A DNA stretch of 64,000 nucleotides, from assembly GCF_009834535.1 (NCBI RefSeq), contig NC_045698.1, forward strand, positions 14,572,001 through 14,636,000, given 5' to 3'. The notes below the pieces were generated by a model. That model had not been told where the DNA came from. It did not search any database and saw nothing but the letters and a program-made list of their open reading frames with translations. The stretch comes from Camelus ferus (lineage: Eukaryota). The position numbers and the translations under genes were made by a program. This document shows positions 53,486-64,000 of this stretch, one piece after another (position 1 is the stretch's first letter; every line of letters starts with the position of its first letter).

Positions 53486-54959
53486 TTTAAACTTACTAGA
53501 CTTCTAAGTATATGAATTCAAGTTTAAATCTGTTCCTTTATTTTCAATTCACTTCAAACTGAACATTTTTATTGTAAGGTAAATTAATATCACTGCAAAT
53601 TGGGTTAGTGAAGACTAACACTTTGTAACACAGAATAAGTGATAGTTATAAAAATCTATATCACCAGAAAAACATAATTGATTAGAAGAGATACTATTTT
53701 TCCAATTTATTTCTATACATAGTCCCTTAAGAAGCCTATGGAAAGAAATGTATCAGCTCTACTTCATTAACAATATCCAATGTGTAGCGCTCTCAAAGAC
53801 AAGGATGATAAAGGTGCTAAGATTTTTTGTGTGGATAGTTAGAAATCATCTGGAATCCCTGGATAAAGATATTGAACAGAGTTTGAGACAGCAAGTGCTC
53901 TTCAAAATATGTAAAAATATATATAATCAAAATATAAATGTTTCTAAAAATAATGGGTATTCTTGTGGGATTATTCTTGTTAAAAATGTGCAGCATATTA
54001 AACAGAGTTGTAATATGCATTTTCTGTATTATTTTAGACTATTCAATTCTTCCATGGAGAACAGGCAATAAACAGGTTGAAGAAGACTCAAAAGAAAAGT
54101 TAAACTTCTATAGAAATTAATCTAGTAGTTTATGAAATACATCAAGTATGTTAATTATATGAGATGTCTAAGCAAGGGGCTTATAAAACATGGGTGGTAC
54201 TTATTTGATTTGTTAAACTCATACAGTAAGTTAGTGTAGTAATAGCAAAATACACCAAAGATAAGAAAGAAGAATTACAAGGTTAACAAAGGACATATTT
54301 GGAAAATTCCAGTCATAATTACTCCACAGCTGGGCTGATAGCTCTGCCATCCTAAGGCAGCCACCCATTTGGTGAAAGCAGCTGTGGGTGGGTGTATTGT
54401 TCCTGTGTCTAACCATTAAGGCAAGTGTGTGTCATTCGCTGCCCTCACCTTTGCTCAAACTCGACACATAAGCTCATAGTCAGTGCGGAAGGCTGACGCC
54501 GTGGAGAGATGCCGGAGGCGTTAGCATCATGTAGCCCAGACTCAGGTCGCAATGCTTTTCTACTCACACCCTGGCCTAAGTACCTTCCCCTGCCCTATCT
54601 CTTCTTCCCAGCTGTGTTTGAAGTTGATGGAATCTGAGCAATATAATTTGATCTGTGAGTTTTTCTGCTTCTGTGACCTTTGGGATGACTTGCCTGGTGA
54701 TGTTTTTAGAGGCTGTAAATCCATGAAATTAATTCAAGATCCACTTTAATTTTTCATCTTTATTTCCCATTTAAGAAATGTTGCAAAATTGTTCATACAG
54801 CAAATAAGCTAGAAAACGCTTTGTTTAGCGTTAGAGCAGAATTAAAAAAACAAGCGCACACTAGGCTTGTGATTAGCATTTCAAGGAGAGAATCCCTTTT
54901 CTGTCTGTTTTATGTTTTGTTTCTTGTTGTTTTCCAATGTAAGGCAGAAAGAGACATTA

Positions 54960-55210
54960 AGTTTTGTGGTTAGACGCTCTGATGGTAATCACCTTGCCTG
55001 TGTTCAAGTCCCAGCCCTGTTGTAACCAGGTTCCGTATCCTTAGGCAAATTAATATTCTCTTCAAACCTCAATTCCCTGTATAGATGTATAGATATGTAT
55101 AGATAATAATAGATCCTATTTTCATAGAAATTGTAAAGATCTAATAAGAAAATATTTGTAAAATGCTTATCAATGAGCCTGACAGATGGAAGCATCCAAT
55201 GACAGCTGTT
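54960..55210 (+). mobile_element. MIR SINE
   Basis: GTGGTTAGACGCTCTG...GTTCAAGTCCCAGC...CCTTAGGCAAATT...AACCTCAATTCCC...TGTAAAATGCTTA. Confidence 0.75.
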
Positions 55211-56052
55211 ATCTAGGGCAGAAAAAAAAAGTAATACTTTTTAAATGTGGCAAATCATTCAGACAACAAAATACCATCCTCTTTTGAAGCAGAAAAAGAA
55301 AAGATAAATAATAAATACAATAAACGTTGTCAGGCAGTTAACTGGGCCTGTATAAAATGAATCTGTCCTTTGGCTTCTAAAACCACAGCCCTCCTATGTG
55401 CCTTGGCCATAGGCACACATTATTTCCTATTAGAACTTCTGTTTTGGATTTGTCTTCAGTAGGGTGAGAATGGTTGACAACACAAAGTCTATTGCTCCCT
55501 TATCAATTGGTTTAACTTTGTTTTACATTAGCAGTCTACCTTTCATTTATCTATTGTCATTCTCATCGAGATAGAACCGGGTTGCATTCACATTACTTTC
55601 ATTTTTTGGAGGAAATTCATATAACATGAAGATCACAAAAGTAACTAAGCTTCCTACAGGTAATCTGCAATATTCACATTTTTTAAAAGACTGTTTTATA
55701 AAATATAGTTCCTAAAAAGATATTAGAAATTACTTATGTTGTCAAAAAAGGTTTAGAACTAAGGTCAGGGTCTATGCTGTTTTATTCCAAGCATAGGAAG
55801 CATATGAGAATAAAGAGAAACTTGTCCTCAGACTGTAAGGACCTGCGACTTAAGGGTTCTTAGCAGCTCATAACCTACTTTACTGCTATCTCAAAATCTT
55901 ACAAATCTTGGCAGAAAACATGAGACTCATGGATCAGAGACAAGATACTTCATTACAGGGAACAAAAGGTGTAGCCAGAGACTCCAGTTCACACAAGCTC
56001 CTTTATACAGGCACCCACGGGAGTAATACAGGGACTTATGATAGATGATTGC

Positions 56053-56455
56053 TGTCTTCATCAGTTTCGGCAGGGGGAGGGGGGTGGATAACAAAATGCC
56101 ATGGACTGAGTGGCTTAAACAAGACATTTACTTTCCCACAGCTGCAGGCTGAGAAGTCCAAGCTCAAGGTGCCTGCAGACTCACTTCTTGGTGACAGGTC
56201 TCTTCCTGCGTGTAGACAGAGCCTTCTCAGTGTGTGCTCAGACACCCTTCCTCGGGGCAGAGAGAGAGAGAGCTCGAGGTCGGGTGTCTCTTCGTCTTAT
56301 GAAGGCACTGATTCCACCATGGGGCTGTACTATCATGACCCCATAATAACTAAATTACTTCCCAAAAGCTCCACCTCAAATCCCATCACCGTGGAGATCA
56401 GGACCTCAACACATGAATTTTGAGAAGACACAGACATTCAATTCAGTTCTTAACA
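56053..56455 (-). mobile_element. MaLR solo LTR, MLT1A-like
   Basis: TGTCTT...GTGGCTTAAACA...GAAGTCCAAGCTCAAGGTGCC...CAACACATGAATTTTG...TAACA; degenerate 5-bp TSD ATTGC/ACTGT. Confidence 0.88.
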
Positions 56456-56869
56456 ACTGTCCACCCACTGGGTTGTGTTACTGAAGAGGAGCTGGAGCTT
56501 TGGGAATTCACTGCTATTACAGCAAATCGAAGCAAGACTATATTTTGTCAAGGTGGAGAAGTTCCATCACCCCTCATGTCATTTCCCAGCACGCCCTGGG
56601 GTAAATGACCCAGGTAAAGAGGAGGCAGAGTTACGCATTCTTCTACCCAGGAAAAACATGCACGGACACTGATGGCCCTTTCCAGCACCAGTGGAAGCTC
56701 AGATCCTGAAGAAAACTCTGAAGTCCTCTCATTGCATCATCAGAATCACTGACTGGTACATAGTAAATTCATTAAATAAAGATGACTAGAATTGAATAAT
56801 TGAGGAAAAGCCATTGGACGCTGCATTTAGAACAGGAGGGGATTATAATATGGCCACCTCCACCCTGTC

Positions 56870-57230
56870 AGGGAGTTTGAACTTAGTTGAGAAATCACTG
56901 AGGTTTGAGATAAGACAGGGCATGGTCAGATTTACATTTCTGGAGCAATCACTTTGACCTTGGTTGAATGATGGATTTAAGGAGAGCAAGACAAAGATAT
57001 GGAGACAAATTAAGGAGCTATTGCAATAGAAGGAAGGGATGGTGATAAGGGCTTAAACTAGAGAACTACCACACAGGACAACCTTGAGAGTGACGTGAAC
57101 ACTCTTTAAAGGACAATCAGCAAGACTTGCTAGGGTGAGAGGAGCAGGGCAGAGACTGAGAAGTGCATCCTACCCTGACTTGAGACTGGGTTTATGCCTT
57201 ATGCAGGAATCAGGAGTTCAGAAGTGGTGG
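56870..57230 (-). mobile_element. L2 relic
   Basis: CATGGTCAGATTTACATTT...TTAAGGAGCTATTGCAATAG...GATGGTGATAAGGGCTTAAACTAG...CAAGACTTG. Confidence 0.65.
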
Positions 57231-58701
57231 AACCTTTATAACTGGATCCATTCAAAAGAATCTGTTTATTTTATAAAAGAAATCCTATTTTAGTTTCCTG
57301 AGAGATTTCAAATGTATGTAACAGTTTCCAAGAAAATCATACTGATTTGTTATTCTATGAAAAGATGTTTATTTTATTGTAAAAAACAATTGCCCAATTG
57401 ATTATTGGCAAAGTGGGGAGAGAACTGGTTACAGAGGTAGGGCTCTGGTTTCAACTGAATCCCCTCAGTATTTGTTAAGATCCTGAAAGAAAGATACCAC
57501 GATTCTCCTTTTACGCTCCAGCAGGTAAAGTAGCTCACTAAAGCCATGTAACAGTTTGTGGTTAAACTGGCTTCAAGTCTTAAGATGCAAACCTAAGTTT
57601 TTCCATCATTAGACCATCAATTGCAAACAAATAATTGTTCCATATTAGACATTTTTAATGTAGGGTTAAATATGACCATTTGTATATCTTTGGTAAGCCT
57701 TTGTTCTGAAATAATTTTACCTGAGAAATTCTGAGTTAGGGGAAGTAAATTTTAACCAGGTTTAAATACTAATGGATTTTGTTAAGTGGTGAATTGTGGA
57801 TAAGACAGGATACCAAACTTACAATTATTTAATTAATATAGTTCCTTGGCTCTGTGTAAACATTTAAACTGATTTGTTTTGAACTGATCAAATAAGTCAA
57901 TCGAACATCTTTGTGCATAAAGACAAGTCCAAGCTATTCACAGAAGTCCAGAATCTTACTCCCAGTACAAACAGAATCACTTAGACTCATCCCTGTAATG
58001 ATTTTAAATAATAACTTATATTCTGTGGTACAAAACCTAAAAAAAATGTATTCCCATTTGATAGCACTATGAAGAATTAAAACCACCTTCAGTCATTGTA
58101 TTTCATATCTGCATTAGCAAGACTTTACCATTCAGCATGACCCTAATCTGCCTGGTAATTCTTGTCCAGGATGAAGAAGAAAGACATTTTAAAACAAGAT
58201 GCTTCTTAATAATGTTGCTTTCTAAGAAGAAATTTCTTTAAATGTATTTAGCTTTCTTTTTACGAACATATTAGACATTTTTTGTAAGGTATCTGAAGAA
58301 CACATAATAACGTTAAGAAAAGCATAAAAAGTACCTAGTAAGTCACATGTAATTGCCAACAACATTTTGCTTAACATCGTACACTATATGCATAAAAAGT
58401 ATTTGCTCAGAGGGAATTTTTTAATTTTTCTGCCCAGAACGCCTAGATTCAACTTAATCCTGTTTCCTGAGCTATACACCCACTTCATTACAAAAAGGAG
58501 AAAGAAAAAGAAAAAGTGACTCACTTCACATGCACACACTAAGTGTGTATATAGCACAGTCACATATTGTAAAATCTAAAAGCATTTCTGCTGAGCGGGG
58601 GTGGGTATGGGGAGTGGCAGTTCCTTAAAAGCATTTCTAGGAATCACTGCAGTTCTTCCAAAGAGAATCAGCGCATACAAAAATAATACCTACATCTGCT
58701 T

Positions 58702-58881
58702 CAGTGGTTCTGAAACTTGGCTGTGTGTTATAATCATCAGAGTAGATTTCAAAATATACATAATATATCTCAATGCCTGGATCCCCTCCTCAGAGATCCC
58801 AATTTAATTAATCTTGGGAGTAACTAGGATATTGTGATTTATGAGCTTTCTAGCTAATTCTTTTGTGTTTGAGAACCACTC
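58702..58881. mobile_element. MER5A/B-like hAT-Charlie MITE
   Basis: Terminal inverted repeats CAGTGGTTCTGAAAC ... GTTTGAGAACCACT. Confidence 0.8.
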
Positions 58882-58952
58882 AGCAACCGTAACTTGGCTT
58901 TTTTTTTTTTTAATTTAAAAACAGCATATTTGAGATCTTTCCAAATTTCCCC

Positions 58953-59555
58953 TTTTAAAAACCACTTTATTGACATTTAAGTGACATACAAAAAGCTGTA
59001 TCTATTTAGTATATAACAATTTAATGAGTTTGGAGTTAAGTATACACCCCTGAAAGCATCAACAAAGTCAATAAATGCCATAAACATGTCTCTCACCTTA
59101 AAAGTTCTTTCTCACCTTTATTTATTTATGCATTTTTGATGCTAAGAACACTCAACATAAAATCTATCCTCTTAGCAAATTTTAAGTATAAAATACTGCA
59201 TTGTTAACCACTTGGCTCCATGATGTACAGCAGATCTCTAGGAATTACTCGTCTTGCATAACTGAAACTTTGTACCCTTTGACCAACACCTCCCTGTTTT
59301 CCACTCTCTTCAGCCCCTGGTAACCACCATTCTACCGTTTCTATAGTGACTGAGCATCCTCATCTAAGTGGGATCATTTGTTCTTCCCTATTTTAGTATA
59401 ATGTCCTCCAGGTTCATCCATATTGTCACAAATGGTAGAATTTTTTTTCTTTTTAAGAGTTGAAAAAAATTTCACTGCATGCAAATACCTCATTGTCTGT
59501 CCACTCATTCTTCGATGGACATTTAGGTTGTTTCTATGTCTTACGGTTCCTACTT
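58953..59555 (-). mobile_element. Old L1 (L1MA9/10-type) 3' region
   Basis: CTTTATTGACAT...CCTCTTAGCAAATTTTAAGTATA...GCATAACTGAAACTTTGTACCCTTTGACC...GATGGACATTTAGGTTGTTTC. Confidence 0.85.
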
Positions 59556-59559
59556 GTAT

Positions 59560-59970
59560 AGCATTTTCCATGTCTAACTTTCACACTATTTGTGTCTTTG
59601 ACTCTAAAGTTAACACTTGCAGACATCTTAAATTAAAACCTCATTTGGATTGAAATTAATTCCAACTTAATTTCAATAGTAGGTAAAACTACTCTGATAT
59701 ATCTCTCTTCTCTCGCTCTTCCTTTTTGCAATTATCGTCACACAAATTGCATCTTTGTAAATTGCAAGCCCATCAACATAGTTTTATGTTTACTGCGTAG
59801 GTGTTTAAGTTACAGATTAAGAAGAGTGTGAGAAATAAAAATCCATTCATATTATATGGATTTGTATATTTATGTAAGGTTACCCTTGCTAGTGTTATGT
59901 ATTTCTTCATTTGGATTTGAATTGTTGCCTAGGGTACTTTAATTTCAGTCTGAAATAACCTCCTTTTAAG
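59560..59970 (-). mobile_element. Old L1M (L1MD/MC-type) fragment
   Basis: CCAACTTAATTTCAATAG...TATTTCTTCATTTGGATTTGAATTG...TTTCAGTCTGAA. Confidence 0.55.
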
Positions 59971-60851
59971 TTTTTTGTTTGCTTTTTTTTAATAAGGAAG
60001 GACTGCCATCCTAGAAATATTTTTTCCTAATCAGCTTTTTAATGAGAGTTGCAAATATTTTCCCAAATTTTTATTAGATATTTGTGTTTGCTCATTATGG
60101 TTATTTTTTTCAACTTATTTTTGATATTTTGGTACTCAAACTAATCAGTCTTCCTTTTTATTTTCAAATTCCTAAAAGCAAGAGAGGCTATTTACAGAAT
60201 CTTTCTCTCTCCAGCCCTATCACTTTTTTTCCCCCTCAAATTTTACCCTTTAACTTATTTCCATTTCCATGAAGAGTCATGTCCTTTTTTTTTTTTTGCC
60301 TCCTGGTCATTTTAATACCATATCTTCTGACTAGAATCCGTTTCCTACCACATCTCACCCTTGGTAAGTTCCTTTTTATGTTTCAGGTTTCAGATTAGTT
60401 ACATGATCCAGAAGGCTTTACTGAGCCCTTCCAAGTATAAACTGCCTGCTTCTCCTCTCATTCCCTACACACCACCCCTATTTACTTCTTGGTGACCCAT
60501 ACAAATAGTTAAGAATGAGGAGGACCATGTCTGTTTGGGTCACTTTTAACCTCCTTATGTGGCATACAATAAGTAGTATCAAACATATAAATGGATTTCT
60601 GCAATTGAAATAAGTTTGCCTTATGTAATTAGCTATATTCACAGGTGAAAAAAGTTGTAAGCCATATTTATTGCAGGTAATTAGATTAAATCAGCTTATG
60701 TGCTGTTAGTGCAAATTACATTAAAATGCAAAGGTGGACTTACTGAAAACCTAATAAAGTTTAAGCCTCAGGTTCCCTCAGTTGTCCTACTTTATTACAA
60801 GGTCATGTATTTGAATTTTAAATTTTGCATTGTTTTTATTAAAAATGCATC

Positions 60852-61044
60852 TAGGGTTGCCAGATTTAGAAAGGAAAACACAAGATGCTCAGTTACATTT
60901 GAATTTCACATAAACAGCAGATAAATTTTGAGTACAAGTATCATCCACACAACATTGGGATTTATGGTGTAAAAGAGTTATTTTTTGGAGTACAGATGTA
61001 ACTGAGCATCTTGTGTGTTCCTTTATTGTTTATCTGGCATCTTA
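60852..61044. mobile_element. MER53 palindromic MITE
   Basis: TAGGGTTGCCAGATTTAG ... TATCTGGCATCTTA termini, ~193 bp, internal long inverted repeat. Confidence 0.88.
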
Positions 61045-62109
61045 CAATGCAGCAAAATCCAATCACCACCACCAAATTATCTAAGCTGCAGACTGTGCAA
61101 AACATGAGTCTGCCTCTCTTCTATTGCTTGACATAAATTTGAGTTATCAAAAGGTCAAATGTAGATCCGAGGTTTAATATTTTCATTGAACATAAACCAA
61201 CAAATGTATATCTTTTGCAAACTTAACTTAAATAGATAGTTGTCTCTAATGCATTTTTATATTATATATTTTATATAATTAAATACATTATATTGGTTAA
61301 GTTCTTATAAAAAGACATGTCATCATCAACATTGCCAGACTGTCAGTGAGAATCACTAAGATGAATATTTACAGTTAGTTACTGTGCATTGAACCCTACT
61401 GTATTCCATGAACTGCACAAGACCTTCAGATGCAAGATAAAACAGTCCTGATCATTTTAAATGTCTGGAAAGATTCTACAATGATATCAAGCCATAGACT
61501 TATCAGTCAGTAATTGTAATATAAGTTACTCCATTAAATGTCAGCAAAAGGCCATTAGGTTCCCATTCAATAGCCAGAGAAGTTTGATGGTTTTGAGAAG
61601 GTATACACATTTAATTATTGCCAAACAATACATAAATATATGTATGATTCTGCCATATGTTTTCTTCAAATAAGGACAATGTAATTTTCTCCTATTTCCC
61701 GGCTTTTATGCTTTCAAAAACCCTCCTAAATGGTAAGTTTCAGAGAAGTATGAGATTCACGTTTAAAATGCACATTGAAAAATATGGAAGGATTTTAAAT
61801 TTTTTGAATGTTTGAAGGAACCCAGCAGTATTGTGATATTTGCAAATGAGCATCTCTATTCTAGCCCAAAATGTCATAGAAAAGGCTTCCCAACACCCAA
61901 TATTCAGCAGGTTTATCCAATAAGTAAAAAGCTTCAGCATTTATTAGGGCTTGACATATCATCTCAGAAACAAATAAACCTCCAGTTATGAAAACCCAAT
62001 GATGGTCCTTAGATATGGTTAATCAGTATAATAATAGTTCTACCAAACTATTGAAAAATGCTGGCAATAGACTATGAAAAGTGACTTGTTCATTTCTTAC
62101 AAGTATATT

Positions 62110-62577
62110 TGTAAGAGCCCGGACTCAGCACAAAACAGATGTCATACTCAAATTAGAATAAGTTGAGAAAAGTTTAATAAAAGAGCTATTTACAAAAGTG
62201 TGGGACAGGGAGGGGTAGTATCCTGAAAGTAATTTTAGAAGAGCTTTTACCATCTTAACTCCAAAGAACAGGAGGAATAGTTATCAGAGACCAGAAGAGC
62301 GATGTGGATGTAGAGATGGCTGCTTTGAGAGGAGCAGGGGCTTTTTGTCACCAGACACAGCAGGCTTGTGTGGTCCTGGATGGGAAAGAACCCAGCTAAT
62401 AAACATGTCTACCTCATTCTCCTCCTTCCTCGTGACCTGTTGGAGCTCCCTTTGGGCTCCAACCCAATCTGAAACAAATGTAAGGGTTCCTATCCAGTCA
62501 TCAATACAGAACACCCTCCAAGGGCAGAGAGGAGAGAGGGACAAACATGAACGGTGCAAACTACAAGTCACCAAGAC
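62110..62577 (-). mobile_element. ERVL-class LTR (LTR33/40/41 group)
   Basis: AAACAGATGTCATACTCAAATTAG...TTTAATAAAAGAGCTATTTACAAAAGTGTGGG...GAGAGGAGCAG...AACCCAATC. Confidence 0.7.
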
Positions 62578-63879
62578 AAAGCAGCTGTTCAAACTCTATC
62601 CGCTTGCTTTCCTTACCACTTCATCCACATCACTGTGACTAGGTTTTCCTCTTTCTGACACCAGAATCTGATATTTGGACAAATCCGGACTAATTTGTCA
62701 AAAGATGTGGAGAAATATAAGGAATGGCCTGATGTAAAATGCTGAATATGAGATACACATACAATTCATGTTGGGGTGACTTAGACCACTGTAAATACAG
62801 TCACCCCCAGAAGAGCTGAATTAAAATGTATAGTGAGGGCTGTAGGTGATTGCTGTGCCAGGCAGAAGTTCCAATCACATTAACACATCGTGTGCCAAAG
62901 AGCAAGCTAGAAACCAAGCAACGAAGACCACCTCACATATAAGAACCAAATTAAAATTTTCAAGAACAAATAATCTTCATGGTAGACTGTGACAAACGCC
63001 TTTTTAGTAAAACGAGGTGGGCTCTTCTAGCATGCTTATGACCTTTTTTATAGGTTATCACCATTCATATTAGTACAAATGTAAAGTCTCAGAGAAATAA
63101 AACTGGCAGAAAAATCTAAAATTCAACAATTCTATCAAGAGGAAAAATAGTATATGTGGAAGTTTAGTAATGAATCACATATCTATAATTTCTTAAATTA
63201 TTTAAGAGACTGGAAATATATATATCAAAATTTCAGGAAACTCACTTTAAACACGTGTGAAAAGGCATCAATATATTATTTTACCATTATAATATCTGTG
63301 TACCTGCATATACCAAACTGAATGTCTAATGAAGTACGCAGCTGCTAAGACTTTTCTCCAGTAGAGAAGGCAATAAAGGGAAATACAATTTTTATTATGA
63401 ATTAGAGGAGGTTCCTTCATGAGAGAACTGAGTTTTCATGAACACCGAGTTGACATTTACAAAATTGATATTGCTTGACATTTAGACGAGTTCTACAGAA
63501 TTATGTGTACGTGTTCTAACATTATGCAAATTCAAATACATTTGTAATGTTTAAAGCACTTTAAATAATATCATTGTTGCAAGAGACTGAGAACAAGTCT
63601 AGTTTTAAGTATAAGTAGATTTCAGACTTGAACAATGAAACAATGACATCTGATTCAGAAGTGGGATCTCAAAGCAAAATAGATCAAAAAGTCAAGCTAT
63701 CAGAATAGTGTTACATGCTATTATTTTATAAAACAATACTTTAAGGTTTTGACTTGCAGGTAGAAGACAAGATACCACGTTAAAAAGAGGACAAATTTCA
63801 GGTTGAGCCATATAAAATTGCTGATATCCAAACATCTTAACTTGCAAAGGAGACAAATATCAAACGATACAAAATGATA

Positions 63880-64000
63880 GAGCTATTCATTGAGTGCTTT
63901 CTATGTGCCAAGCACTGTTCTCAGACCTTTACGTGTTTCCATTCAGTGCTCCCCAAATTCCAGAAGGCTGGTACTAATAGTGTCTGCATTTTACAGATGA
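63880..64000 (-). mobile_element. MIR SINE running off the window end
   Basis: ATTGAGTGCTTTCTATGTGCCAAGCACTGTTC...CATTTTACAGATGA. Confidence 0.8.

Noticed and set aside
56049..56423. 124-aa ORF
   Set aside because: Lies essentially within the MLT1A-like LTR
62773..62807. 9-bp stem GGGGTGACT/AGTCACCCC, and similar short hairpins at ~46671 and ~62678
   Set aside because: Short stems of this size can arise by chance in 64 kb; no supporting context
1..64000. CRISPR arrays, operons, NUMT or non-retroviral viral inserts
   Set aside because: No regularly spaced repeat-spacer array, no gene-dense segment, and no mitochondrial or viral peptide recognisable in the ORF track

Overview
AT-rich, CpG-depleted mammalian genomic DNA, intergenic or deep-intronic. 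I found no host protein-coding exon, functional RNA gene, operon or CRISPR array. Every long ORF in the track is a LINE-1 ORF2 fragment or a chance frame inside a repeat. A tRNA-derived SINE of the camelid vic-1 type, plus the absence of Alu, Bov-tA/BovB and PRE1, suggests a camelid genome (inference). The window is a layered retroelement record: five lineage-type L1 insertions (one 5'-inverted inside an ancient HAL1, one with an uninterrupted ORF2 C-terminus, one carrying the RT core), several solo ERV1/ERVL/MaLR LTRs with target-site duplications, hAT-type MITEs, many MIR/L2 relics and microsatellites. I cannot support a new multi-gene biological system. The most unusual signals are small-scale: a MER53 MITE whose arms appear homogenised into a near-perfect 29-bp stem, a compound palindrome plus duplication near a strong CTCF-like motif, a poly(A)-only insertion with a TSD, and a tail-less 36-bp G-rich insert between 13-bp direct repeats. 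Repeat family names come from recalled consensus sequences and need RepeatMasker/Dfam confirmation. Boundaries of old repeats are approximate.
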